NCBI RefSeq assembly: GCF_037902255.1
Contig: NZ_CP147990.1
Location: 4,410,001 to 4,442,000 of the forward strand
Direction: 5' to 3'
DNA length: 32,000 bases
From: Candidatus Electrothrix sp. GW3-4
GTDB lineage: Bacteria; Desulfobacterota; Desulfobulbia; Desulfobulbales; Desulfobulbaceae
Below are positions 7,008-14,064 of this stretch, one piece after another. Positions within the stretch are counted from its first letter, which is position 1; each line of letters begins with the position of its first letter. The notes beneath the pieces were generated by a model, which saw only the letters and a program-made list of their open reading frames with translations, did not search any database and was not told the DNA's origin. Made by a program: the position numbers and the translations under genes.

Positions 7008-7466
7008 TCATTGTTGCGGGAAAGAGCATCTCCATCCGCAGGGGTCGCCCGCCGGGTTGCCATAGCCTCGACAACCAGGACAAGGGTGGTCTTCTATGAT
7101 AACCCTGCCGTCAGACCATTCCTGGGTGCAGCGGACAACACCAGGGGCCTGACAGCGATCATAGGCCCGGGTGACATAGGGATGATGGGGTTGGGGAAGC
7201 GGATGAGGCCCAGGAGGGGCCGTATTCTGGATATCACAATATGCATCGCGATAAAAATACGGTTCTCTGTTCCTAAGTTGCCGTAGCCTGCTCTGGCAGC
7301 TCCTCATGACGGCATTGCAGTTTGGCCCGTGAAAGATATCAATGATGATCCCACCCCTTCCGCTGAGGAGTTGGGCCCTACATCCCTGAGCAAATGCTTG
7401 GTTAACAAAAAGCACGCTCGAACATATTAAGAAGACGAAACCGAACAGCAAATATTTGCCTTGCAT
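7008..7466 (-). CDS. Secreted cysteine-rich protein, unknown function
   Basis: Signal peptide (MQGKYLLFGFVFLICSSVLFVNQAFA-QG). The mature part has 10 Cys and a P/H-rich linker (PPGPHPLPQPHHPY). AGGAGG lies 6 nt upstream of the ATG, and the gene has its own terminator. Confidence 0.7.
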   Translation of the reverse strand: MQGKYLLFGFVFLICSSVLFVNQAFAQGCRAQLLSGRGGIIIDIFHGPNCNAVMRSCQSRLRQLRNREPYFYRDAYCDIQNTAPPGPHPLPQPHHPYVTRAYDRCQAPGVVRCTQEWSDGRVIIEDHPCPGCRGYGNPAGDPCGWRCSFPQQ

Positions 7467-7594
7467 AACGATCCTCCTGAAGATGAGTTTTTTTCAGCTG
7501 CTCTCGCAGCTGATGTTGTCTTTCCCCTTTTACCATAATGCAACTTTTTAGAGAATGCATCTCTTATTCTTTGTCTCTCTCAAACTCCAGTGAG

Positions 7595-8914
7595 TTAGGT
7601 CGTTGAGACAAGCTTGTCTCCTGCTATATCCTCCTGAAAGACCTCGGTCCCCTTCTTCATCGCGCAGAAATCACCGCACATGGTGCAGGTGTCGCTTTTT
7701 TCCGGCATTCTCTGCTGGCGTACTTCCTTGGCAATCTCTGGAAAGAGCAGGTGTTGTTCCAGATCATGCCAGCGCATGTCCCGCCGGGCCATTGCGGCCG
7801 CCTTTTCGTTCTCCCGCCGTTCAGGATACTTGGCGATATCGCCAACCCGGACCGCCAGCCGGGTAGCCCGGACCCCTTCCCGGACATCGTTTTCATCGGG
7901 CAGGGCCAGATGTTCGGCCGGAGTGATGTAGCAGACCAGGTCGGCGCCGTGCCGGGAGGAGTTGGCCGCACCAATGGCTGCGGTGATATGATCGTAGCCA
8001 GCGCCGCTGTCCAAGGGCAGGGGGCCGAGCACATAATAGGGCGCATTGCCACTCATTCGTTTTTCCAGCATGATATTGCCTGCAATCTCATCCAGGGGGA
8101 CATGGCCTGGCCCCTCCACCATCATCTGGCAGCCCATCTCCCGGCCTAACTCGGCCAGCTCACAGTTGATGATCATCTCTGCCATCTGGGCCCGGTCATG
8201 GCTGTCATGGATAGCCCCGGCCCGGATCCCGTTGCCCAGGGAGAGGATGGCATCGTATTTTTTCATCAGGCCACAGACCCGATCAAATTGCTCGTACAGG
8301 GGGTTCTCTTTACCGTTGATGTCCATCCAGGCCACCATAAAGGTCCCGCCTTTAGACACCAGTCCACCGTAGCGATAGCCCTGTTTGCGCAGGCGCTCAA
8401 TCGTGTATTGATTGATCCCACAGTGAATAGCCATAAAGCTGATACCATCGGCCAGTTGTTGCTCGATCAGGTCAAAGAGGTATTCTGGATCCAGTTTACC
8501 GGGATTGGCGTATTGGGCCGTGGTCTCCTTAAAGGCCTGATAGAGGGGAACGGTGCCCACAGGGAGGTTGGTGGCCGCCAGCACTGCCTGGCGGATGGCC
8601 GCAAAATCACCAGCAGCCGACAGTTCCATCAGGGTATCGGCCCCTTCCTGTTCCGCGATTCGCGCCTTGCGCACCTCCATATTGATATCACAGATATCGG
8701 AAGAGGTACCGATAGAGGCATTGACCTTGGTACGTAAGCCGGTACCGATACCGACGACCTTTTGCTGTGGACGTAAGGGGTGGTTGGCAATAACGATCTC
8801 GCCCTTGGCTACCCGGCTCCTGATGAGCTCCGGGGCAAGGCCCTCCTTTTGGGCAACGGTGTTGATCTGCTCTGTGATTTTTCCGGCGCGGGCCAGTTCT
8901 AATTGGGTCTGCAT
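7595..8914 (-). CDS. thiC: ThiC-family radical-SAM enzyme. By homology it is phosphomethylpyrimidine synthase, but the cobalamin-riboswitch leader suggests a BzaF-type 5-hydroxybenzimidazole synthase.
   Basis: ThiC-like along its full length: GTVPLYQA, FMAIHCG, MVEGPGHVPL, GYDHITAAIGAA, and the C-terminal CxxCxxxxC cluster motif CTMCGDFCAM. Start placed at the second ATG (8914, MQTQLELA) because GAGGA lies 5 nt upstream of it. The ORF-track start is 8926. Confidence 0.9.
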   Translation of the reverse strand: MQTQLELARAGKITEQINTVAQKEGLAPELIRSRVAKGEIVIANHPLRPQQKVVGIGTGLRTKVNASIGTSSDICDINMEVRKARIAEQEGADTLMELSAAGDFAAIRQAVLAATNLPVGTVPLYQAFKETTAQYANPGKLDPEYLFDLIEQQLADGISFMAIHCGINQYTIERLRKQGYRYGGLVSKGGTFMVAWMDINGKENPLYEQFDRVCGLMKKYDAILSLGNGIRAGAIHDSHDRAQMAEMIINCELAELGREMGCQMMVEGPGHVPLDEIAGNIMLEKRMSGNAPYYVLGPLPLDSGAGYDHITAAIGAANSSRHGADLVCYITPAEHLALPDENDVREGVRATRLAVRVGDIAKYPERRENEKAAAMARRDMRWHDLEQHLLFPEIAKEVRQQRMPEKSDTCTMCGDFCAMKKGTEVFQEDIAGDKLVSTT

Positions 8915-8948
8915 TGCTTTCCTCATTATCTATGCGCCCTGCCGGAAG

Positions 8949-8993
8949 AAAAAAAGGGCACCGGCAGAGCAATTGCTCTTCCGGAACCCTTTG
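8949..8993 (-). terminator. Intrinsic terminator forming the expression platform of the riboswitch upstream of the ThiC-family gene
   Basis: Minus strand AAGGGTTCCGGAAGAGC-AATT-GCTCTGCCGGTGCCCTT forms an extended stem with one mismatch, followed by T7. It lies 22 nt upstream of the first in-frame ATG (8926). Confidence 0.7.
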
Positions 8994-9019
8994 CCATCGC
9001 GTTCCATATTTCTTAAATA

Positions 9020-9170
9020 TTCAGTTCGTCTTCTGGCTTCCCCTCTCCTGCAGCGGCCTTCCCGTTTCTAAGAGGAAACAGTGACCATAACTGTGCAGGA
9101 CATATAACAGGGGTTACAGCATTGGGTATGCCACGGATTCGCACCGTGTTCCGTTCACTGAACATCATCT
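9020..9170 (-). promoter_or_regulatory. Cobalamin (B12) riboswitch aptamer
   Basis: The minus strand contains, in the correct order, the conserved cobalamin-riboswitch blocks ACGGAAC, GGTGCGAATCC, GCTGTAACCCC, GTCACTG, GGGAAGGCC and the B12-box-like AGCCAGAAGAC. No TPP-riboswitch blocks (CTGAGA, ACCTGATCTGGATAATGCCAGC) are present. Confidence 0.8.
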
Positions 9171-9204
9171 GTTTTTTCTGGCGTGCGTATCGCAGCGCCG
9201 GGGT

Positions 9205-9233
9205 ATTATAAACAGCTTTTTGAGTCGTGGCAA
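9205..9233 (-). promoter_or_regulatory. Sigma70-type promoter of the riboswitch/ThiC-family unit
   Basis: Minus strand TTGCCA-17 nt-TATAAT (-35 at 9233-9228, -10 at 9210-9205). Confidence 0.55.
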
Positions 9234-9253
9234 GGAGGGAGGGGGGAAAGAAG

Positions 9254-9306
9254 AACCGGGAACACAGCAGCCTCATGTATTCGGGCAAGAAACTTGGTTC
9301 CCGGTT
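9254..9306 (-). terminator. Possible terminator hairpin after the OMP gene
   Basis: Minus strand AACCGGGAAC...GTTCCCGGTT (10-bp stem, 33-nt loop) followed by CTTCTTTCC. The large loop and weak T-run make it uncertain. Confidence 0.3.
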
Positions 9307-9330
9307 GGGACATAGCAAATATGCATGGGG

Positions 9331-9984
9331 TTAGAAGGCGTAGGAAACCAGAGCAAGGAGGCCGAGCTGACTGGTCTCTTTAAAGCGTACCGCTGTCTCC
9401 CCTTCTGGCAGAGGCTGGTTTTCTTCGATGCCATCCCCCAAGACTTTCGCTGAAGGATCTACGACGATGCCGAGTCCTATATTGAAGCTGTTTGTACTTC
9501 CTGTGCTTCTCCTGAACCCAAGCATGATTCCTGCACCGATATATTCAACGAATTCATTGGAACCATTTTGTATAGCTACGAAGGGGCCAAACCCCAATTC
9601 TCCCTGTTTGTGGTCAAGGTAATCGGCAATTGTTTTGCCAAATATTTTTTCGGGTGGTGGGGTAAAAAAGTAATGCGTCTCAAGCATAATTCTTGGAACG
9701 TCATTTTCCTCCTTGGTCACTCTGACGATACCGTTGACGACGTCCGCGCTTTCAACTCGATTATTATCGCCGAGATCCATGGTTAAACCGAGTGCAACGC
9801 CAAATTTAAAGCCTCCTAATAATTCCGTGTTGGCACCCGTTGATTCTTCACTTCCTGTGGCTCCATTACCTACCTCTGTTCCTGCGTCATTCGTTTGGTC
9901 TTCCGCAAAGACCTGTGGAGCGACAGCGAGGAAAAATAATACTGCACAGAGAAAGATGGTTGTTTTTGGGGTATAAGTATCCAT
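9331..9984 (-). CDS. Small outer-membrane beta-barrel protein (predicted)
   Basis: Signal peptide ending VFA-ED, alternating hydrophobic beta-strand pattern and a C-terminal aromatic OMP signature (LVSYAF). AGGAGG lies 6 nt upstream of the ATG. Confidence 0.6.
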   Translation of the reverse strand: MDTYTPKTTIFLCAVLFFLAVAPQVFAEDQTNDAGTEVGNGATGSEESTGANTELLGGFKFGVALGLTMDLGDNNRVESADVVNGIVRVTKEENDVPRIMLETHYFFTPPPEKIFGKTIADYLDHKQGELGFGPFVAIQNGSNEFVEYIGAGIMLGFRRSTGSTNSFNIGLGIVVDPSAKVLGDGIEENQPLPEGETAVRFKETSQLGLLALVSYAF

Positions 9985-10019
9985 TGGATTCCTCCTTTTT
10001 TTCTTGGATTGTATTTTGA

Positions 10020-11498
10020 TTAATCACCTTGAGCGGGAAGATGTGCTCCTTTCCATACTTCGGGGAGCCAGAAGGGAAGTTCGTCAAAGTCTCCGTGCTC
10101 CTCGGCGGTGCAATAGAGCGTCTTTTTAGGGAATTTTTCTAGTCCTTTAATTTTAAGACTCTTTAATTCTTCCTTAGTGCATTCTTTACGACCTTGAATG
10201 CCAAATATTGTGAAATGCATATTGCGTTTTATATGGTCAGGATCATTAGGTATAAGATCAATTGCTCTCGCCATGTTATCCCATCTTCCTGAACGCTTAC
10301 TCATAACGGTCTCCGGGACGGTATACTGATTATCAATCCAGGTGAGTAAACTACCGCTTGGGGTTAACCCCGAAGCGCTGGCTTCTCGATCTTCATTCTT
10401 AGGATGGAGAGCCAAACTGTAAAATTGGACCTCCTTATTTTTAGAAAGATATGGAATGACTAAGTTAAACAAATTCTCAATGGAATCTGCGGCCCCCATG
10501 TGAACTATATTTTTATATGGGAGGTTAAATCCTTGATTGATAATCTTGTTAACGACAATGGCTCCCATGCTATGCCCTATTATCTCAACACCTAATGTTG
10601 GGCTATATTGATTGCTCTGTATCTTTTCTTCTAGCTTGGCAAGAAATTGATATAATGCTCCACTCCCGGGTGCTCCATATTTCGGAGCGTACTGTACGGC
10701 GTTGGCTTTCAATTCCAAATCAGATGGGGTATAAAAAAGGGTATTCGTTCTCCTCAGCATAATATCCCAGGCAGGCTTGCCCAAGGTATAAGCGAAAGGA
10801 GTCGTGACTACTTTGCTGGGACTTGTTATAATCCATTTTAATTTCCTTCTTACATTCCAATAATCGGCATTGTCTTTTGTACAACGAATGTTTAATCTGT
10901 TTCCGTTATTACAATAACTTAACGAGTCGTATTCTTGAAGAAACGTTGAATTGAGCATGTGTCCCCCTGATACCAGCCATGCCTTTGGGGCGGTGATAAG
11001 TGTATTTCCAATATCGGTTAGGAGGTAGAAGGGGGCTGTCAACTTTGCCCACGGTGAAATGTCGCCCTGCCGAATCCTTATTAGATGTGATCCATAGGAT
11101 CGAATTCCCTCTGAATTCCAATTGATGAAAACCGGATACTTTCCGCTGGCTTTGATTAACGGATAGGTTTCTAAAGCTCTTTTGAGAGCACCAGCTTCAT
11201 GAGCTAACCCTCCGTGTATAAAGAGGACTAGCTTGGCATTCTTGCCATTACTCTTTTTCTCTTCAATATAGGCTCTGATTCTATTTACTATATTGTTTAA
11301 ATAAGCTTCTTGCCCCCCTTGGGCTATCTTGTCTCCAGTTAGAGGTGCTCTCAATTCCCCGTCTTTCCCTATTGTTATTACATGATCTTGTATTTCAGTC
11401 TCATACTGATCTGTTATCTTTGTATCTAGAGGCAGTCCTGTACACCCCGAAAGAAAAAATAGAGCAATCGAGCCGAGCAAATAATGTTTTTTTAGCAT
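10020..11498 (-). CDS. Lipoprotein, alpha/beta-fold serine hydrolase (esterase/lipase-like)
   Basis: Lipobox LFFLSGC, an HGG-type segment (LVLFIHGGLAHE) and the nucleophile elbow GHSMG. Start moved to ATG 11498 (MLKKHYLL), which has AAGGAGG 7 nt upstream. The ORF-track start is 11558. AT-rich gene. Confidence 0.7.
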   Translation of the reverse strand: MLKKHYLLGSIALFFLSGCTGLPLDTKITDQYETEIQDHVITIGKDGELRAPLTGDKIAQGGQEAYLNNIVNRIRAYIEEKKSNGKNAKLVLFIHGGLAHEAGALKRALETYPLIKASGKYPVFINWNSEGIRSYGSHLIRIRQGDISPWAKLTAPFYLLTDIGNTLITAPKAWLVSGGHMLNSTFLQEYDSLSYCNNGNRLNIRCTKDNADYWNVRRKLKWIITSPSKVVTTPFAYTLGKPAWDIMLRRTNTLFYTPSDLELKANAVQYAPKYGAPGSGALYQFLAKLEEKIQSNQYSPTLGVEIIGHSMGAIVVNKIINQGFNLPYKNIVHMGAADSIENLFNLVIPYLSKNKEVQFYSLALHPKNEDREASASGLTPSGSLLTWIDNQYTVPETVMSKRSGRWDNMARAIDLIPNDPDHIKRNMHFTIFGIQGRKECTKEELKSLKIKGLEKFPKKTLYCTAEEHGDFDELPFWLPEVWKGAHLPAQGD

Positions 11499-11695
11499 AT
11501 CAGACCTCCTTTTTTGTTTGATATGGTTTATCACTAAGTATAAAATATTATATATCACCGTGCGGTGGTCGCTGTCAAAGGAATAATGCTAAGTTGTTGA
11601 TAGTGGGTGACCCTGGTTGTTGCGTACGGGCTTGTTCTGAAATGCTTTATGGAGAAAGTGCAAAGGAAGCTGTCTTTACATCAAAGATCAATTCT

Positions 11696-11724
11696 TGACA
11701 AGAAAGAGGGAGGAAGGTAAATTC
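11696..11724 (+). promoter_or_regulatory. Sigma70-type promoter of the orphan cobalamin riboswitch
   Basis: TTGACA (11696-11701), 17 nt spacer, TAAATT (11719-11724). A 5' hairpin GAGCATC-N6-GATGCTC follows immediately. Confidence 0.55.
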
Positions 11725-11744
11725 TGAGCATCTTTTCAGATGCT

Positions 11745-11890
11745 CCTAACCGAGCTTAATAGGGAACCCGGTGTGAATCCGGGACGGGCCCGCCGCTGTA
11801 ACCGGGGACGAAGGCTGCATAACGCCACTGCAGAGATGCGGGAAGGCGCAGCCGGGAGGATGATCCGGGAGTCAGAAGACCTGTCTGGAA
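11745..11890 (+). promoter_or_regulatory. Cobalamin (B12) riboswitch aptamer
   Basis: Near-consensus blocks: AATAGGGAACCCGGTGTGAATCCGGGACGGGCCCGCCGCTGTAACC, GCCACTG, GGGAAGGCG and the B12 box AGTCAGAAGACCTG. Confidence 0.9.
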
Positions 11891-12036
11891 AAAGAGCAAC
11901 CTGGCGCATCGGAGGATATGTGCGCCCAGGTGAACCGTCCTTTTTTTCTTTTTATTGCTCCAGGGGTATTTTTCTGTGGTAGAAAGAAGGGCGGTGGAAA
12001 AAGAGTTTATTCGTGGAAAAACAGGGCATCCTCGAA

Positions 12037-12074
12037 TCTGTTAATCAGGTTCGGGGATTTTTTTTGCCTGCATC
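12037..12074 (+). terminator. Rho-independent terminator about 150 nt downstream of the orphan riboswitch
   Basis: ATCCTCGAA-N13-TTCGGGGAT (9-bp stem with one G-U pair) followed directly by T8. Confidence 0.75.
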
Positions 12075-12109
12075 TCCGGGCCCTTTACACCATGCAAGGA
12101 GGATTTGCT

Positions 12110-12271
12110 ATGACTGCAAACGAACAGGCTTATTGTAAAATTACCTTTTTTTTACTTACGGATTGGGATTCCTTCCAGATGGTCATGCGGGGAGGTCTAC
12201 GCCGGATGGAGAGAAAAGAAACCGTTCAGGGGGCAACCGATCGTGCAACTGATCGACCAGAAAGGAAGTAA
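12110..12271 (+). CDS. Candidate 53-aa small protein (very uncertain)
   Basis: ATG preceded by AAGGAGGA with a 6-nt spacer. Translation MTANEQAYCKITFFLLTDWDSFQMVMRGGLRRMERKETVQGATDRATDRPERK has no recognisable family. It lies after a strong terminator and no promoter is evident. Confidence 0.25.
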   Translation: MTANEQAYCKITFFLLTDWDSFQMVMRGGLRRMERKETVQGATDRATDRPERK

Positions 12272-12295
12272 TCGCTTAGATTGGAGATGTTGAGC

Positions 12296-12347
12296 CCAGG
12301 AGATATTTTTCAGCCAGCTGCTTTCGTTGCTGAAAGATATCTCCTGG
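12296..12347. other. 19-bp-arm inverted repeat (long hairpin) between the convergent units
   Basis: CCAGGAGATATTTTTCAGC-N14-GCTGAAAGATATCTCCTGG. The single non-Watson-Crick position is a G-U pair on the plus-strand RNA and an A-C mismatch on the minus-strand RNA. No flanking T-run on either strand. It sits 44 nt beyond the dapL stop. Confidence 0.7.
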
Positions 12348-12391
12348 TTCCTGCAAAGATCCTGCAAAGAAGATGGGGAGGTGGTATGGGC

Positions 12392-13615
12392 TTAGGCCAG
12401 GGCCTTTTGGATCCTCTCCATCGCTGTAATTACATTCTCACGGGAATTGAAGGCAGAAAGACGAATATATCCCTGCCCGCATTTCCCAAAGCCTTCACCC
12501 GGAGTGCAAACTACTCCGGCCTCGTTCAGCAGCATATCAAAGAAGTCCCAGGAATCACGCTGGCCCTGGATCCAGACATAGGGAGAGTTGGCTGCTCCAG
12601 CATATGCAAAGCCCAGTTCCCCGATTGCCTTGGCGATCAGGTCTGCGTTTTCAAGATAGGAGTTGACCAGTTCGTTAATCTGGGCCTGTCCCTCATCAGA
12701 GTATACCGCCTCAGCAGCTCGCTGGACAGGATAGGAAACCCCGTTGAACTTGGTGCAGTGGCGTCGATTCCAGAGAGGGTGGATCGCCTGCGTATTGCCT
12801 GCACTGTCAAAGGCCCGACACTCCTTGGGAACAACGGTGTAGGCGCAACGGGTCCCGGTAAAACCGGCATTCTTGGAAAAGGAGCGGAACTCAATGGCCA
12901 CTTCTTTTGCACCCTCAATCTCAAAGATGGAGCGGGGCAGAGAGTCATCCCGGATAAAGGCCTCATAGGCCGCATCAAAGAGGATCAGGGCCTTGTTCTC
13001 CTTGGCATAATCCACCCATTTTTTCAGTTCTTCCTTGCTGGCTGTGGAGCCGGTGGGGTTATTGGGGAAACAGAGGTAGATCAGGTCAACCGGTTCTGTA
13101 GGGAGATCTGGGACGTAGTTATTCTCATGGGTTGAGTCAAGGTAGACCATGCCCTGATAGCGGCCGTCGCTGAAAGTGCCTGTGCGGCCAGCCATAACAT
13201 TGGTGTCCAGATAGACCGGGTAGACCGGGTCCGGGATGGCGATCCGGGCATCTCTACTGAAGAGTTCCTGAATATTTCCGGTATCGCATTTTGCCCCATC
13301 AGAGATAAAGACCTCATCCGGGCTGATATCAGCGCCTCTGGCCTGGAAATCATGTTTCGCGATGGCCTCGCGCAGGAAGGCGTAGCCCTGTTCAGGGCCG
13401 TAGCCGCGAAAGCTGCTGTCTTCTGCCATTTCATCAACCGCCCGGTGGAAGGCCGCAATACAGGCCTTGGGCAGTCCATGGGTGACATCACCGATTCCTA
13501 AGCGGATGATATCTTTATTCGGGTTGGCTTCCTGAAAGGCCGTTACTCGTTTCGCAATATCGGAAAAGAGGTACGAGGCCTGGAGTTTCAGATAATGTTC
13601 ATTTATTTTCAGCAT
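12392..13615 (-). CDS. dapL: LL-diaminopimelate aminotransferase
   Basis: N-terminus [20 protein letters not shown] and PLP-lysine motif [17 protein letters not shown] are typical of DapL. Start set to ATG 13615, which has GAAGG upstream. The ORF-track start at 13651 has no RBS. Confidence 0.9.
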   Translation of the reverse strand: MLKINEHYLKLQASYLFSDIAKRVTAFQEANPNKDIIRLGIGDVTHGLPKACIAAFHRAVDEMAEDSSFRGYGPEQGYAFLREAIAKHDFQARGADISPDEVFISDGAKCDTGNIQELFSRDARIAIPDPVYPVYLDTNVMAGRTGTFSDGRYQGMVYLDSTHENNYVPDLPTEPVDLIYLCFPNNPTGSTASKEELKKWVDYAKENKALILFDAAYEAFIRDDSLPRSIFEIEGAKEVAIEFRSFSKNAGFTGTRCAYTVVPKECRAFDSAGNTQAIHPLWNRRHCTKFNGVSYPVQRAAEAVYSDEGQAQINELVNSYLENADLIAKAIGELGFAYAGAANSPYVWIQGQRDSWDFFDMLLNEAGVVCTPGEGFGKCGQGYIRLSAFNSRENVITAMERIQKALA

Positions 13616-13704
13616 ATCTTTTGCCTTCTTGTATGGATTTTCTGTTAACATATATAATATGTAAGGAAAATATAAACGTCTTTCCTTGGCGGAGCTTTTT
13701 AGCG

Positions 13705-13732
13705 ATAGTACTTGATATCAATAAAAAGTCAA
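13705..13732 (-). promoter_or_regulatory. Candidate promoter for dapL
   Basis: Minus strand TTGACT-16 nt-TACTAT, about 90 nt upstream of ATG 13615. Confidence 0.3.
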
Positions 13733-14064
13733 GCTGCCAGCTCTCTCTTTTTTCTTCCTAACAGCGTGTTGTTGGGAGGCATGAGGTGGAGAGGAAGCGA
13801 TGGCCTTTATTGGCTTCCGGGCTTTGGTGGACAGGAAGGTTTTATGCTTTCCCCAAGAACCGGCAAGATTTTCTTGTCATTTGGGGATAAATGAACAATA
13901 GTTATCCTGTGTTGGTAGAGTAACCAGCTATTTTTTCGTTCTGTTTTATCGGCCTCATTGGGGGGTGGTCTCCCCTTTGCCCAGCGGAAAGGGGGAGTTG
14001 GTCAACTCCTGCAGGAAAGGCATGAGGATGGCCTTATGATTATCAATTTTGACGGAGAAAATAT

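Noticed and set aside
7487-7511. Hairpin CAGCTGC-N4-GCAGCTG with a 7-nt T-run, considered as terminator of the ThiC-family gene
   Set aside because: On the minus strand the stem is followed by A7. On the plus strand the T7 precedes the stem. Neither orientation gives a stem followed by a U-tract. It is more likely part of the 5' UTR of the Cys-rich protein gene.
8927-9233. Expected TPP (thiamin) riboswitch in front of the thiC-like gene
   Set aside because: I looked on the minus strand for the CTGAGA and ACCTGATCTGGATAATGCCAGCG-type blocks and found none. The conserved blocks present are those of the cobalamin class.
9013-9318. 101-aa minus-strand ORF upstream of the ThiC-family gene
   Set aside because: It spans the promoter, the whole cobalamin-riboswitch aptamer and part of its expression platform. 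The region is better explained as structured leader RNA.
11740-12271. ORFs 11740-11982 (80 aa) and 11918-12271 (117 aa) as protein-coding cargo of the riboswitch
   Set aside because: The first is the aptamer itself. The second would contain a strong intrinsic terminator (12037-12074, T8) in its coding sequence. Its ATG is only 2 nt from GGAGG and lies in a hairpin. Only the distal 53 codons, which have their own SD, were kept as a low-confidence candidate.
13915-13940. Weak terminator-like hairpin (GTTGGT-N6-ACCAGC followed by TAT6) after the 60-aa ORF 13712-13894
   Set aside because: The stem is only 6 bp with a G-U pair. The upstream ORF starts at TTG, lacks an RBS and has a non-protein-like translation. 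The evidence is insufficient for an sRNA or gene call.
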